DNA of 64,000 nucleotides from a virus. Position numbers and translations under genes: made by a program. Shown here one piece after another: positions 46,939 through 56,133 of the stretch (the first letter of the stretch is position 1; each line of letters starts with the position of its first letter). The stretch spans positions 1 to 64,000 of the IMG/VR virus record IMGVR_UViG_3300024312_000003; one strand, written 5' to 3'. The notes under the pieces are model-generated. The model was not told where the DNA came from. It did not search any database and worked only from the letters and a program-made list of their open reading frames with translations.

Positions 46939-49119
46939 TTACTTCTCGTCAGTCCAGACAGCGATCTTGTTAGCGACCACTTCGCTCAGGTTGCTGACTT
47001 CCACAACACCCAGAACCGGCAGGTTCGTGACGTGCAGGAACGAAGCTTGAGCAGTCAGTTCCTTAGAAGTCTGACCGTTACGGCTGATCGGCAGCACGAT
47101 GGTCATTTCAGGCTTGAAGGCCATGTTGCCGAAGTGCAGCGGGTTAGGCGTACCGCTGGTAGCGGTGCCGAAATCACCGAAGGTCACGAAGATCTTACCC
47201 TTGACGCGTTCGTCCAGAGTGGTGACGATCTTGCAGTTGAAGCCTTCACCCAGAGTGCGGATGTCGCCAACAACTTGCAGGTAACCAGCGGTCACCGGAT
47301 CGGTAGCCAGGATGACGGTAGGCTTGGCAGCTTCACCACCATTGATGGCATCGGCAGCAGCCTTGTAACCCGAGTCACGATACAGGTTGTAAGCGATGTC
47401 ACGAGCAGCGTTCACCAGAACAGCTTGAATGTCAGCAGCACGTTCATGCGACTTCGTCGAGTCGATGATTGCGCCAACGCCATTCACACCGAAGTCCAGA
47501 GGCTTCTTGATGAAAGCAGGCGTAACCAGATAACGACCAACACCCAGAACTTCCACGCGATCGAACGCATTGCTCTTTTCCAGAACGGTCTTTTCCAGAA
47601 CGTCAGCAGCGCGCAGCAGCTCGGTCACGGCAGCGTTGCTGGTTTGCACGCGAGTAGCGGTAACCAGAGCGCGCAGATCTGAAGGATCCGTGCTATCACC
47701 ATTGCCCAGAGGACGAGGGATAGAGATAGGAGCCAGCAGAGGAACGAAGTAGCTTTGCTGATAAGTGATGGTGTCCAGCAGCTTACCGCGTTGACGACGG
47801 TTCAGGTTCGAACGACGACCCTTCAGCTCGTAACCAATCAGAGTAGCGCCTGCGAAGGCAGCGACCACAGCAGCCACAGCGCCGTCAGTAGGGGCGTACT
47901 TGGTACCGTTAGCGTCGGTAACCGACACGACTTCCACAGCGCCAGCGTTCAGAGAAGTGGTCGAGTCTTGCAGGTTAACACTACCAGTCACGCTCACCGA
48001 CAGAGCAACGTTCCAGTTACCAGAAGCCACAACTGCCAGAGCTTGCAGAGCGGTGCCGTCGTAACGCTTGGTGTCAGGCTTAATCAGCAGTGAGCTGTTT
48101 TCGAAGAACAGCTGCATCGTGCGAACAGCACCTTGTTGCGAAGGATTGAACACCGAGGTGAACAGTCCAGAGGTCGACAGACGAATCACGTCGTCGTCGG
48201 TAGTGCCTGCACCACCAGGAGCGCGCAGGATCAGGGCTTCAAGCGACAGAGCCGGATCGACTGAGTCGGTTTGATCCATCAGACCAGCAGCAACGAGAGT
48301 GTCGGTTTGCGAAATACCCAGCAGGCTGAACTTCTTACCGAAAGCCAGAGCCGAAGTAGTAACGTTTTCACCACCAACGCTAACAGTACGGGTAGCCAGA
48401 ACGCTGGTGTCAACGAAGTTGGCGGCCGATGCAGCGCGGTAGACGGGCACGATGTCGGTGCTATCGTTACGCAGGATCGAAGAGTCACGCACAGCGTGAA
48501 TGATGTTGCGACGGTTGAAGCTATCAACGGCACCCGATACTTGACGACGGAAATCATCAACCACGGTAACCAGCTCAACAGCGACACGATAGCCGAAGTT
48601 GTCAGGAGTAACCACCACGGTCGGGAACAGAGTTTCGCCGAATTCGTCTTGCTTAGCAGCCATCATGTTGTAAGCAACAGAGTAGATGGCGGCGTTGCGG
48701 TTGTCACGCTCGTCGTAAGCTTCAGTAGCAACCGACAGACGATCGACGCTTTCCATAGCAGGAACAACACGGTGATCTTCAGTCGAAGCAGGAGTTTGAT
48801 GCTTTTGCGAGAAGTAAGCCAGGGGGTCAGCAGACACCACAGCAGCAACGCGCATTGCTTCGATCTGAGCCACAGTCAGGCTTTCCAGACCAATTTCCAT
48901 GGCCGATTGCTTAACAGCACGTTCCAGAGTTTCAATGCTGGATTCAACGTTCTGAGTCGAAACAGAGTCAATCGACTCCATCGAAATAAACGACTTAGCG
49001 GTGTTCTTGCTAACGAAAGTGCTACCACCTTGTGCCAGGGCGACTTCCTGCAGTTTGGCAACCAGATGACCGATGGTCGAATTCTGAGTAGCCTTGGTCT
49101 TGTAAATAGATTTGCTCAT
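46939..49119 (-). CDS. Major capsid protein (phiKZ gp120-like)
   Basis: 726 aa; propeptide with several S/A/G-X-E sites (SME, AME, GLE, ATE) before AYDER; QDEFGETLFPT motif; strong codon bias. Confidence 0.88.
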   Translation of the reverse strand: MSKSIYKTKATQNSTIGHLVAKLQEVALAQGGSTFVSKNTAKSFISMESIDSVSTQNVESSIETLERAVKQSAMEIGLESLTVAQIEAMRVAAVVSADPLAYFSQKHQTPASTEDHRVVPAMESVDRLSVATEAYDERDNRNAAIYSVAYNMMAAKQDEFGETLFPTVVVTPDNFGYRVAVELVTVVDDFRRQVSGAVDSFNRRNIIHAVRDSSILRNDSTDIVPVYRAASAANFVDTSVLATRTVSVGGENVTTSALAFGKKFSLLGISQTDTLVAAGLMDQTDSVDPALSLEALILRAPGGAGTTDDDVIRLSTSGLFTSVFNPSQQGAVRTMQLFFENSSLLIKPDTKRYDGTALQALAVVASGNWNVALSVSVTGSVNLQDSTTSLNAGAVEVVSVTDANGTKYAPTDGAVAAVVAAFAGATLIGYELKGRRSNLNRRQRGKLLDTITYQQSYFVPLLAPISIPRPLGNGDSTDPSDLRALVTATRVQTSNAAVTELLRAADVLEKTVLEKSNAFDRVEVLGVGRYLVTPAFIKKPLDFGVNGVGAIIDSTKSHERAADIQAVLVNAARDIAYNLYRDSGYKAAADAINGGEAAKPTVILATDPVTAGYLQVVGDIRTLGEGFNCKIVTTLDERVKGKIFVTFGDFGTATSGTPNPLHFGNMAFKPEMTIVLPISRNGQTSKELTAQASFLHVTNLPVLGVVEVSNLSEVVANKIAVWTDEK

Positions 49120-49171
49120 TTTTATATCCTATTCATGCATGAATATTGAGAAAGGGTACGTCTTTTGAATT

Positions 49172-49759
49172 TTAATCAACAGACATCAACGACTCCAAAT
49201 ACAGAGTCATAGCTGGATGACTAGCAACACTCGTTGATGATTCGTACACATACAATTGCTTGATAATGTCACGAATCAACTCAGAACGTAAACTATGCAT
49301 TTTCTCGGGAGAGAAACCTTGGTCATTTATCACAATACCGATTGCTCGATCTTGCAAGTCAATTAACTCATAACTCTTTTCAGAATCAGAGCTTATACCA
49401 AGTTTAGCAACAACACTGCCTTGAGCGTTGGTCTTGCTGAATAGTCTGTCTCTAATCAAATCTAATACGCCTTCAGTGTGACTGATGGCAGTAATTTGAT
49501 TCAATAGATAAGACTGATCTTCTGGTGTAGCGCGCACACTCCACTCATAAAAGATATTGGAAAAAATCTTACTATTTTTATTTTTGAAGATTTTTAATTC
49601 GAATTCATCAGAGGCAAGAGCTGATATTCCTGCCAAATCAGACGCAGAAAGCGTTGATTTTATTTTAGAAAATTGGAGTAAGTCTGATGCATTCAGACCG
49701 TTTAAGCGCAATGCACTTATAACCCAATGCGGTATTAGATATATCTTGGTGCTGAACAT
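49172..49759 (-). CDS. Hypothetical protein (phiKZ gp119-like position)
   Basis: 195 aa between the capsid gene and dnaB. Confidence 0.6.
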   Translation of the reverse strand: MFSTKIYLIPHWVISALRLNGLNASDLLQFSKIKSTLSASDLAGISALASDEFELKIFKNKNSKIFSNIFYEWSVRATPEDQSYLLNQITAISHTEGVLDLIRDRLFSKTNAQGSVVAKLGISSDSEKSYELIDLQDRAIGIVINDQGFSPEKMHSLRSELIRDIIKQLYVYESSTSVASHPAMTLYLESLMSVD

Positions 49760-49880
49760 ATTCTTTATCTGTTTAGATGGAAACTTGAGATCATCATCTA
49801 CACAATTGGTTATTTTTTCCTATATTTCTCTTTTCTATGTCGAGTTAAATCTCAGAAAAATTTAAAATAGAAGAAAGAAA

Positions 49881-51431
49881 ATGGATAATAAACTGATCTT
49901 GATCCAGGCTATTACTCTTCTAGCTAGAGAAAGTCAATTGGAAGATGGTGGTGTAGATTCGTCCGCTATCATTCGACCTATTGCTGAAAGTGTTCAATTA
50001 CCAGACATCAGCATTGGTCTTGTGGATTCCGAAAGAGAAATACTCATCGGACTAAAAAAGATTTGCATTGACATGTGTGATGCACCTGTCAAGAAATTTG
50101 AAGTACTAGATATTCTTCAAAAAGTACAATACATTTGTAGAAATGAAGAATCACTATATAAGACTCTACATAGTGGTATTTCTACAGAATTAGAACAAAA
50201 TAAACTTAAGAAGGTCTGCGCTTCAATTCGTCGTTCAATTAAGAAACACGAAGATGAGAAGAAGATTTCTGAAATTCTTCAAAAGGCAGCAACTGACGTT
50301 AAATTCAACAGAGACAAAATCACAGACATTCACGCATTTGTTGCAGAAATGTATACAAAGCTAGATCCTTTTAGGACTGGTAAAGATGATGTTGATCCAG
50401 CGATTGTTGGTTGTGTTGATTTCAGTGATAAAGAATCTCTTGAAAAAGAATTTGAACTTGGTAAAGAGCTAAACGATGATCGAGGTATCCTTAAGACCGG
50501 ATGGCAGGGTATTAATCGTCTTACTCAAGGTGGATTGAGAAGAGGTGAGTCGATTGTTGCGCTTGGTTTACAACATAATTTTAAAACAGGCTTTACTCTA
50601 TCTTTATTTAAACACATCGCTCTTTATAACAAACCATTTATGCTTGATGAGAAGAAGAAGCCCATGCTTCTACATATCTCATTTGAAAACTCTTTGAGTC
50701 TTAACATGCCGTTCTTGTATAAGAACATCTATGAAAATAAGACTCTGCAACAAGCGGATATAGCTAGTAAAACTTCCGAAGAAATGGCAGCTTATGTCAT
50801 TGAGGAATTGAAGGTTAACGGATATGAAATCAGATTCATTCACGTTAATCCTTCCTTGTGGACATATCTGGATATTCAAAACTACGTGACGTCTCTTGAA
50901 GCTGAAGGTTATGAAATTCATCTGTTGATGACTGACTACCTGAATATGATTCCAAAAACTGGTTGCGATAACACTGGTCCTCAAGGAAGTAACATTCGGG
51001 ATTTGTTTAGAAGAATGCGTAACTTTTGTGCTGCAAGAAAGACAACCTTTGTTACCCCTCACCAGCTTTCCACTGAAGCAAAGATGCTTATCAGAAATGG
51101 ACTAGAGGATACCTTTGTTAAAGAAGTTGCTAATAAAGGTTACTATGATAGTTGTAGAACGATTGACCAGGAAGTAGATCTGGAAATCTATTTCCACATT
51201 GTTAAGGTCGATGGTAAGTCATATTTGACAGTGCAGCGCGGTAAACATCGTTTGATCCATCAGACGAAGCCAGAATATCTTTATTGTGTTCTTCCATTTG
51301 AAGACATTGGCGATATTCGAGATGACGTTAATGGACCGGATACAACCCGTAAAAAGCCAGGTCATGGTCCTATGGGATCTACAACCTCTGTTCCTTTTTG
51401 GGATTTTAGTGGTGAAAACTCACCTACTTAA
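49881..51431 (+). CDS. dnaB: DnaB-like replicative helicase (phiKZ gp118-like)
   Basis: GWQGINRLTQGGLRRGE, variant Walker A ALGLQHNFKTG, LMTDYLNMI, HQLS and KHR motifs. Confidence 0.88.
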   Translation: MDNKLILIQAITLLARESQLEDGGVDSSAIIRPIAESVQLPDISIGLVDSEREILIGLKKICIDMCDAPVKKFEVLDILQKVQYICRNEESLYKTLHSGISTELEQNKLKKVCASIRRSIKKHEDEKKISEILQKAATDVKFNRDKITDIHAFVAEMYTKLDPFRTGKDDVDPAIVGCVDFSDKESLEKEFELGKELNDDRGILKTGWQGINRLTQGGLRRGESIVALGLQHNFKTGFTLSLFKHIALYNKPFMLDEKKKPMLLHISFENSLSLNMPFLYKNIYENKTLQQADIASKTSEEMAAYVIEELKVNGYEIRFIHVNPSLWTYLDIQNYVTSLEAEGYEIHLLMTDYLNMIPKTGCDNTGPQGSNIRDLFRRMRNFCAARKTTFVTPHQLSTEAKMLIRNGLEDTFVKEVANKGYYDSCRTIDQEVDLEIYFHIVKVDGKSYLTVQRGKHRLIHQTKPEYLYCVLPFEDIGDIRDDVNGPDTTRKKPGHGPMGSTTSVPFWDFSGENSPT

Positions 51432-51432
51432 A

Positions 51433-51909
51433 ATGAAAAAACTACTTAATAAACTAGTCACTAAGTTTTTTAAATGGATCGAATATGAAGGCATCATCGG
51501 TCCCCCTGGACCTCCCGGACCACAAGGATTGCGTGGTTTAGATGCCAAAGTACCAGATATCAACAAACATCCCGGATATACAACCATGTGTCCTTTTAAC
51601 ACTAAGGGGGATGGTTTGGGAATTGAAACAATTAACATAGATTGTAACTTCACTTCCTATTGCTTCAATCTGGAGAAGAATAAGGAATATATTCTTTCCT
51701 TTATTAATTACCCGCAAGAGCAATTTGCAGTAACTAAAATAAAATTACTGTTCATCAAATGTAAAGGCGGGTATATCAAGTTTGGTGACAATATTGTTTT
51801 TAATTCACCTTCTGAAATGCCGATATTTAAAGAAGGTTCAACTGTTGTTTTGGAAGTTATGACAATGGACGGTGTTACGTGGTATGCTAAAACAATTCAT
51901 GGATATTGA
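51433..51909 (+). CDS. Small protein with a short collagen-like segment
   Basis: 158 aa from ATG 51433; GIIGPPGPPGPQGLRGLD, then a beta-rich C-terminal domain. Confidence 0.7.
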   Translation: MKKLLNKLVTKFFKWIEYEGIIGPPGPPGPQGLRGLDAKVPDINKHPGYTTMCPFNTKGDGLGIETINIDCNFTSYCFNLEKNKEYILSFINYPQEQFAVTKIKLLFIKCKGGYIKFGDNIVFNSPSEMPIFKEGSTVVLEVMTMDGVTWYAKTIHGY

Positions 51910-51943
51910 TGTTGATCCTATGAAATAAATAGGAGAATCTTCC

Positions 51944-52684
51944 ATGTCTAAGAAACAATTAGAAGACCACATATTGACTTACCCAGATTCAAAGTCAAAA
52001 GAACTCACGGTATTTACAAGAGATGAAATCGGTGAACTCTACCACATCTCTAAAGATACTACTATCAGAGAATTTACACCAAGATTCTCTAAAAGACAAA
52101 TGAGTACTGAAGACATAACCATATCTAGAGTTGTTAGTTGCCCAACAATTTATGGTTGTATACTTGCATATTCATCTATGCATGCCGATTATACGAATCT
52201 AATCACTAAAATAAATGACAAAGATTCAACGTGGAAAGGTGGGTATGTCATTTATAGATTGGATTACGAGTTTGGATTGAGTCCGAGTTCTAAATTGGTT
52301 CCTGATGTAAATTATACCGATGAAAAATGGTTAGTTGCTTACAATGAATTAACCAAAGGATACAGACCGACTAAGGTAGGTAAGATCTTTGCACAACAAA
52401 TTACATATAAGCCAACTGATGACAAATTACCAACCATAGAAAGCATTTTGTTTATTGAGGTCAATGATTCTAAAGGTATTCAGTTAAGTAAGAATATAAA
52501 ACTGGATAAAGGCTACTGGATTATTGAATTGCCAATATGGGATCATCAATCGTGGAAAAATCTATCTTTTAAGAACGATAATAACATTGTTGTTAAGCAG
52601 ATAAACAGAGATGAATGGTTGTCTAATAAAGATGTCGTAGCAAGCATGCTTTCCGCAGAAGCTCCATCTTATTTTAATTGGTAG
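51944..52684 (+). CDS. Hypothetical, probable virion protein
   Basis: 246 aa, AGGAG RBS. Confidence 0.65.
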   Translation: MSKKQLEDHILTYPDSKSKELTVFTRDEIGELYHISKDTTIREFTPRFSKRQMSTEDITISRVVSCPTIYGCILAYSSMHADYTNLITKINDKDSTWKGGYVIYRLDYEFGLSPSSKLVPDVNYTDEKWLVAYNELTKGYRPTKVGKIFAQQITYKPTDDKLPTIESILFIEVNDSKGIQLSKNIKLDKGYWIIELPIWDHQSWKNLSFKNDNNIVVKQINRDEWLSNKDVVASMLSAEAPSYFNW

Positions 52685-52718
52685 GGCATAAAGAGGGGAT
52701 TTCCCCTCTTTATGCCCT
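52683..52718. repeat. 32-bp palindrome (31/32 match, loop ATTT), arms extended to 16 bp
   Basis: AGGGCATAAAGAGGGG-ATTT-CCCCTCTTTATGCCCT between convergent genes. Confidence 0.95.
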
Positions 52719-55294
52719 TATGCTAAACTTCTATAGGTCAAAGCATTTCCTTGTTGAATCCAATATGTTCCATCAAATTTAAATTTGATGGAACCAACCC
52801 CTGAATTTAAACCAGCAGGATCATCATCTTTCTTAAAGATACTATTCCAAATTATTGTTCTTGCGGTGGCTGATTGCCTTATTGTGAATGTTAACTCATC
52901 ACCAGTTTTAGCATATAACGGTGCATTTATTGTAACATCGGCATCCGGGACAAGAACTGTCACATTATCACCAACTAGAACATTATGCGTTACAGAGGTA
53001 GCTCTGTAGTTTCTGTTTTTATAAGATAATCCTTCGACATTCTTTACTCTAACTATAGGTAAAGATGAAGCGTTTGCTTCTATCGGATTATCTACTTGTG
53101 CAAAATCGCAATCACTTACATTTAAATACGTTGCTCTCGGAGGACTATTACTAGCAGCTCCAATCCCAATCACACCTGTTGCACCTGCTGCTTTTCTAAC
53201 AGTTAAATTTTGTACAAAAAGAGTATTGTTAGCAAGTGATATACTACCAGGTGTGGTGACTGTAGCTCCATTTAAAATGAAGTTATTACCGTCTAGGTCC
53301 TTTAAAGTAATTGTGGTCGAATTTACAATTTGACCGATGCTGTAGAAACCATTAGCAGAACCAACACTGAGCACATTACCAGTTATCGATACAAAATCTC
53401 CCTGCTTCCATCCTAAATAAGCACACTCAATTGCTGCAGCAGAAGCAGAAGCAGAAATATTAGAGATCGTTTTAGTCTGCCAAACATTACCGGAGAATGA
53501 GAACCTAACCGCAAAAGCGTTAGTTGCTAATTCTTCAATTAATCCACTTATTGTTGTGTTTTCAGAATTATGTAACGTAATAGCTGCCGTAGTAGACGGC
53601 ATGTTGGTGCAGACCATGTGACAATTTATTAAATTGTCTTTCGATTTCTGTATTGTTGATTCATTAGTAACCCAAACACCACCATTCGCAGGTACATTTG
53701 GTAAACTAAAATTGAGTTTATTAGACTGAGTGTCTATTAAGTAAGCGCCTTCAAATCTCTGAGCTGTTCCTGTGGTGTCGTTTATATCTATTCTACCGTT
53801 GACAGTTATATCACTGGTTCCAATAGAATGTAAGCCGTGTGAATTGATACCGCTGTGAGATAGTTCTAGATGAAGAATACACCCTGTTCCAGAGCCACCA
53901 GTCGGTGAGTTAGGAGTGCTAGGTAAGACACTATATTTACCTCTTGATATCGGCCTTACAGCTTGCACAGCTCCATTGCCGTCAACTTGAGTTACTCTAT
54001 ATACAGCAGGTTCATCAAAAGTACCACCAGCTATAGTTAAATCTTCTCCAACTTTATAACCTGTACCAGCGGAACATCTTATAAGTTTACCAGACGTCCA
54101 AGCAGTAAAAGTAGATCCGTCTAAACCTACATTGCTTCTGAAAGCATTGTCAGATAATTGTAACGTATCTGTTGCCGGGCTTCTAACTTGATAGAAGCCC
54201 ACTAAATTCTGCATACCGTCAGAGGGAATATCAATAAATGACACAACCTCACCGGTTACTAATCCATGTCCCGCAAGACTTACTTGAACTGGATTGGCTG
54301 CAGTGACTGCAGTTGGAGTTCCGATTATTACTCCAGGAACAGCGGAATAAACGCCCTTACCATCGAAACCAGTTTCAATGTTGACATGGGCAGTTATATC
54401 TCTTAAATCATTTACCACACGGTTGTCCGGGGTGGCGTGATTCATGAACGATATTGCACCATTTCTTAGTATTCCAGCTTTTCCAATGATGTGAACTTTA
54501 CCACCATAAACCTTACCAGTCTTGGTATATCCTAATGCTGAGAATGGTTTTGCGGCTGGAGTGTATGCTTTATATCCATTACCTCTGGTAGATATAACTG
54601 TAACGTTTTCTACACTAAAATTCTTCAGACTCTGGTCATCACAATACACACTGGCAGTAACTTGATCATCTCCAGTTGCAACGCCGTCGTCTCCAGATTC
54701 CACATACCCATTGGTTACACGAATATCTTCTCCGTAAAGTATGTGTAGTCCATCTTGAAATACTCTGGTTGCACCTAGTATTTTAAAGTTATTGATGTTT
54801 ATTCTTTTACCGCTGATTCTAGTTGTCCAGTTGAGTGACCATAATCCAGCAATCATAGTTACGTTGTCGATATCGAGATCTTCTGCATTCATGTAATCCA
54901 TGACTGCTAAATAATTCTTGTTATTTGAATCAAGAATTATATTTCTCAAACCCATCTTCCTGGCAGATCCATACCAGCTACCGTTTTTAAGTATCCATTT
55001 AGCTTTTATACACGCTACCTTGTTACTGGTAAACATGCTTTCAGAATAACTCAGATTTGTTACTTTTTTAAGAGTAGAACCATTACCATCCACTATTACA
55101 AACTCTGGATGATTGATACCATCGACGTTATATTCGTGTTCTTTTCTCAATAATGCTGTTAAAGGTCTTCCTAAAGCCAAGGCGTCGGAACTTGTATCGT
55201 TTAAAAATTCCTCAATCCTAGCCGTGTCATTGTATCCAGTACCGGGAGGTCCGATTCTGATGTCTTTTAGTTGATTTAAACTAATTAATGGCAT
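52718..55294 (-). CDS. Beta-helix polysaccharide depolymerase / tailspike-like protein (GH28-like motifs)
   Basis: FQDGLHI...DIRVTNGYVESGDDGVA resembles GH28 NTDG...GDD; Asn/Ile-rich beta-helix coils; inserted FCCH-like modules. Confidence 0.7.
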   Translation of the reverse strand: MPLISLNQLKDIRIGPPGTGYNDTARIEEFLNDTSSDALALGRPLTALLRKEHEYNVDGINHPEFVIVDGNGSTLKKVTNLSYSESMFTSNKVACIKAKWILKNGSWYGSARKMGLRNIILDSNNKNYLAVMDYMNAEDLDIDNVTMIAGLWSLNWTTRISGKRININNFKILGATRVFQDGLHILYGEDIRVTNGYVESGDDGVATGDDQVTASVYCDDQSLKNFSVENVTVISTRGNGYKAYTPAAKPFSALGYTKTGKVYGGKVHIIGKAGILRNGAISFMNHATPDNRVVNDLRDITAHVNIETGFDGKGVYSAVPGVIIGTPTAVTAANPVQVSLAGHGLVTGEVVSFIDIPSDGMQNLVGFYQVRSPATDTLQLSDNAFRSNVGLDGSTFTAWTSGKLIRCSAGTGYKVGEDLTIAGGTFDEPAVYRVTQVDGNGAVQAVRPISRGKYSVLPSTPNSPTGGSGTGCILHLELSHSGINSHGLHSIGTSDITVNGRIDINDTTGTAQRFEGAYLIDTQSNKLNFSLPNVPANGGVWVTNESTIQKSKDNLINCHMVCTNMPSTTAAITLHNSENTTISGLIEELATNAFAVRFSFSGNVWQTKTISNISASASAAAIECAYLGWKQGDFVSITGNVLSVGSANGFYSIGQIVNSTTITLKDLDGNNFILNGATVTTPGSISLANNTLFVQNLTVRKAAGATGVIGIGAASNSPPRATYLNVSDCDFAQVDNPIEANASSLPIVRVKNVEGLSYKNRNYRATSVTHNVLVGDNVTVLVPDADVTINAPLYAKTGDELTFTIRQSATARTIIWNSIFKKDDDPAGLNSGVGSIKFKFDGTYWIQQGNALTYRSLA

Positions 55295-55396
55295 TTTATT
55301 CTCCGAGAATTGAGAGCTAGTACGTTTTAGTACTACAATCTTCCCTGGTGTGTATTTAATTACAAACTTATGATATTGCCTAGCTCATACAGTACG

Positions 55397-55433
55397 GCAT
55401 AAAAACGAAAGGATTAACCTTTCGTTTTTATGC
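55397..55433. terminator. Terminator hairpin with GCATAA/TTATGC shell
   Basis: GCATAAAAACGAAAGG-ATTAA-CCTTTCGTTTTTATGC, 16-bp perfect arms. Confidence 0.85.
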
Positions 55434-55455
55434 ATTTAACGTGATGTGTTAAATA

Positions 55456-56058
55456 TTAATTCCAAGTTAGAAATTGAATATACTCGCCAACAGCATGATC
55501 TTTTACTTGGTTTAGAAGAATACTTAAATCCATTCCTTGTTTAAGATATTCGCCTTCTTTGGTATACAATTTATAAGCTGTAAAACTTGGATAAATGTAT
55601 ATCTTTAATAAATAAGCTACCTCACCATATATTTCCAAAGTTCTATTAAATATATTGAGCCTGGATATGTCCGGTTGATTGGTGAACTTTACAGATACCG
55701 ATTTATCGTAGAAAATCTTAAATAGGATTTTAAGATAATTATTGATGACTGAATTAGAAATCAATTCATGATAAACTTCAGTTCTACCTGTTACTTCGTT
55801 GGTTCTGTATGGATATGTGTATCTTTGATTTGTAAGTATGATCGCTAGTATTTTTGCAATCGTGCTTGGAACCCTAACACTATTCCAGTAAAAGTTATCA
55901 TAATGTTTTCTATTAATCGGAGTTTCATTAAATAGCATATTGTAATTCTCATGTATGCTAATTATATCAACACTAAACTTTTGTTTAATTTCTTCAGAGT
56001 GTAATAGTAGAAATGTATTTTCTGAAGTTTTTAAAATACTTGACAGTGTACCATCCAT
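55456..56058 (-). CDS. Hypothetical protein
   Basis: 200-aa ORF, very AT-rich. Confidence 0.65.
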   Translation of the reverse strand: MDGTLSSILKTSENTFLLLHSEEIKQKFSVDIISIHENYNMLFNETPINRKHYDNFYWNSVRVPSTIAKILAIILTNQRYTYPYRTNEVTGRTEVYHELISNSVINNYLKILFKIFYDKSVSVKFTNQPDISRLNIFNRTLEIYGEVAYLLKIYIYPSFTAYKLYTKEGEYLKQGMDLSILLNQVKDHAVGEYIQFLTWN

Positions 56059-56098
56059 GATTTTACCTTTTTAAGCAAAAAAAAAATAACATAGAGCT

Positions 56099-56130
56099 TT
56101 TAGAGAGTAGGCATTAGCCTACTCTCTAAA
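56099..56130 (-). terminator. Terminator hairpin
   Basis: TTTAGAGAGTAGGC-ATTA-GCCTACTCTCTAAA; A10 at 56077-56086. Confidence 0.85.
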
Positions 56131-56133
56131 GTA

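Noticed and set aside
46939-49119. High-GC capsid gene as a horizontally acquired island
   Set aside because: It is a core gene in its expected position between the dnaB-side and nvRNAP-side genes, and the shift stops at the gene boundaries, which fits translational selection.
8734-52718. Repeated palindrome as a CRISPR array or MITE
   Set aside because: Copies are 4-19 kb apart with no spacer array, no cas or transposase gene, and no consistent target-site duplication.
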